The notes beneath the pieces were generated by a model. That model saw only the letters and a program-made list of their open reading frames with translations. It was not told the origin of the DNA and did not search any database. DNA of 64,000 bases from NCBI GenBank assembly GCA_964016885.1, contig OZ024742.1, positions 139,934,001 through 139,998,000 of the forward strand, read 5' to 3'. The position numbers were made by a program, and so were the translations under genes. Origin of the DNA: Eledone cirrhosa (taxonomy: Eukaryota). Below, one piece after another: positions 62,940-64,000 of this stretch. Every line of letters begins with the position of its first letter. The first letter of the stretch is position 1.

Positions 62940-64000
62940 GAATGTCAACGGGCATAAATGAGCGTCTTATGTATTTACGCCTTCTAATTGGTAAAAACAA
63001 ACATGTCACCTTCATTAGTTGCTATGTCCCAACCTTAAATTCTTCTGGGACTATCAAAAATAAGTTTTATTCTGAACTTTTAAACCATGCACCAAGACTT
63101 AACAGGGTCATATTCCTGGGGTATTTCAATACTCATGGTGTAGACCATTTTAACTGGCAAAATTGTCTCATTAAATATGGACTTTCTTTACTCTGCTTGT
63201 GCAGCGAGTTTGGTCTCAGTATAACAATACTTTGTTTCAACAGGCCAATAAATATAGAACCACCTAGAGGTCGAATGCTTGACTATGTCAAACTAACTTT
63301 GGACCTTTTCCCCGACAGAATGTTAGTCAGACCATTCTTTAGTGCGAAGTTGCATGAAAATAAAGCTAAAAACAACAGTTAAACATAACCAGAAACAACT
63401 CCCAAATAAATTGAACACTAAGCTCAAAACTGATACAAGAAACCTTTTGTTTAATGCTTTAGATGAAAATCTGCAGAATATAAACATCATGAAAAATATT
63501 GAGGAATTATGGACCCAGTTGAAAGATAAAATCTTTGAGCCTTCGAAACACTTTCTTGGCTTTTCTAAAAGGAAGAGCTAGGACTGGTTTGATGAAAATA
63601 ATAAAATCATAAATAGGGAACTTCAGGAAATGTACAGGCTACACAAGAAATGGATAGCAGACAAATAATTCTCAAAAGAAAAAGAAAATTACAAAGTGTC
63701 AAAAAAAAAAAAAAAGACAATTCAAACAAAGCTATGCAAAATGAAGCAAAAATGATGGGAAGAAAGAACAAAAGCTCTTCAGGAATCATGACAGGCATAA
63801 CATGAAGTCTTTTTATCGAAATTTGAAGGAAGTGTTTGGACCAAGCAGGAATGGATGCTCTCGCATCCTATCGGTTGATGGAAATCTCTTGCTAGAACAG
63901 CAGGATATAATAAAGTGTTGGGCAGAGCACATTAAAGACGTACTCAACAGGGAATCAAATTCTGATACAAATGTGATAGAAAACCTCCACCAAAGACCAA
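62940..64000 (+). mobile_element. Degenerate RTE-type (BovB-like) LINE: APE and linker, runs off the window end
   Basis: GINERLMYLRL...ISCYVPT...KNKFYSEL...IFLGYFN; DWFDEN; KSFYRNLKEVFGP; CWAEH...LNRES; frameshifted. Confidence 0.78.

Overview
Eukaryotic, AT-rich, repeat-dense animal DNA. The repeat landscape (RTE LINEs with (GAT)n tails, tRNA-derived SINEs, Helitron, Penelope-like relics, TA/CA microsatellites) looks like an octopus or other coleoid cephalopod; that is an inference, not a confirmed identification. The only well-supported host gene is UHRF1 on the + strand. I reconstructed 12 coding exons (34049-62161), all GT-AG and phase-compatible, encoding the end of the UBL domain, the tandem Tudor domain (with a ~130-aa insertion), the PHD and the SRA domain. 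I could not find the first coding exon, and the RING exons lie beyond the window. The rest is mostly transposon-derived: five copies of two RTE families with a C4HC3 PHD finger inside the reverse transcriptase, two other RTE-type LINE relics, a decayed Helitron plus a non-autonomous one, a decayed mariner, two Penelope-like GIY-YIG relics, a restriction-like-endonuclease LINE relic, SINEs and TTAA MITEs. Best leads: the RT-embedded PHD finger; a hammerhead ribozyme with an intact core (3323-3413) plus degenerate relatives; a PB1-like ORF split by an RTE; the expanded Tudor loop; and an inverted SINE pair flanking two UHRF1 exons.
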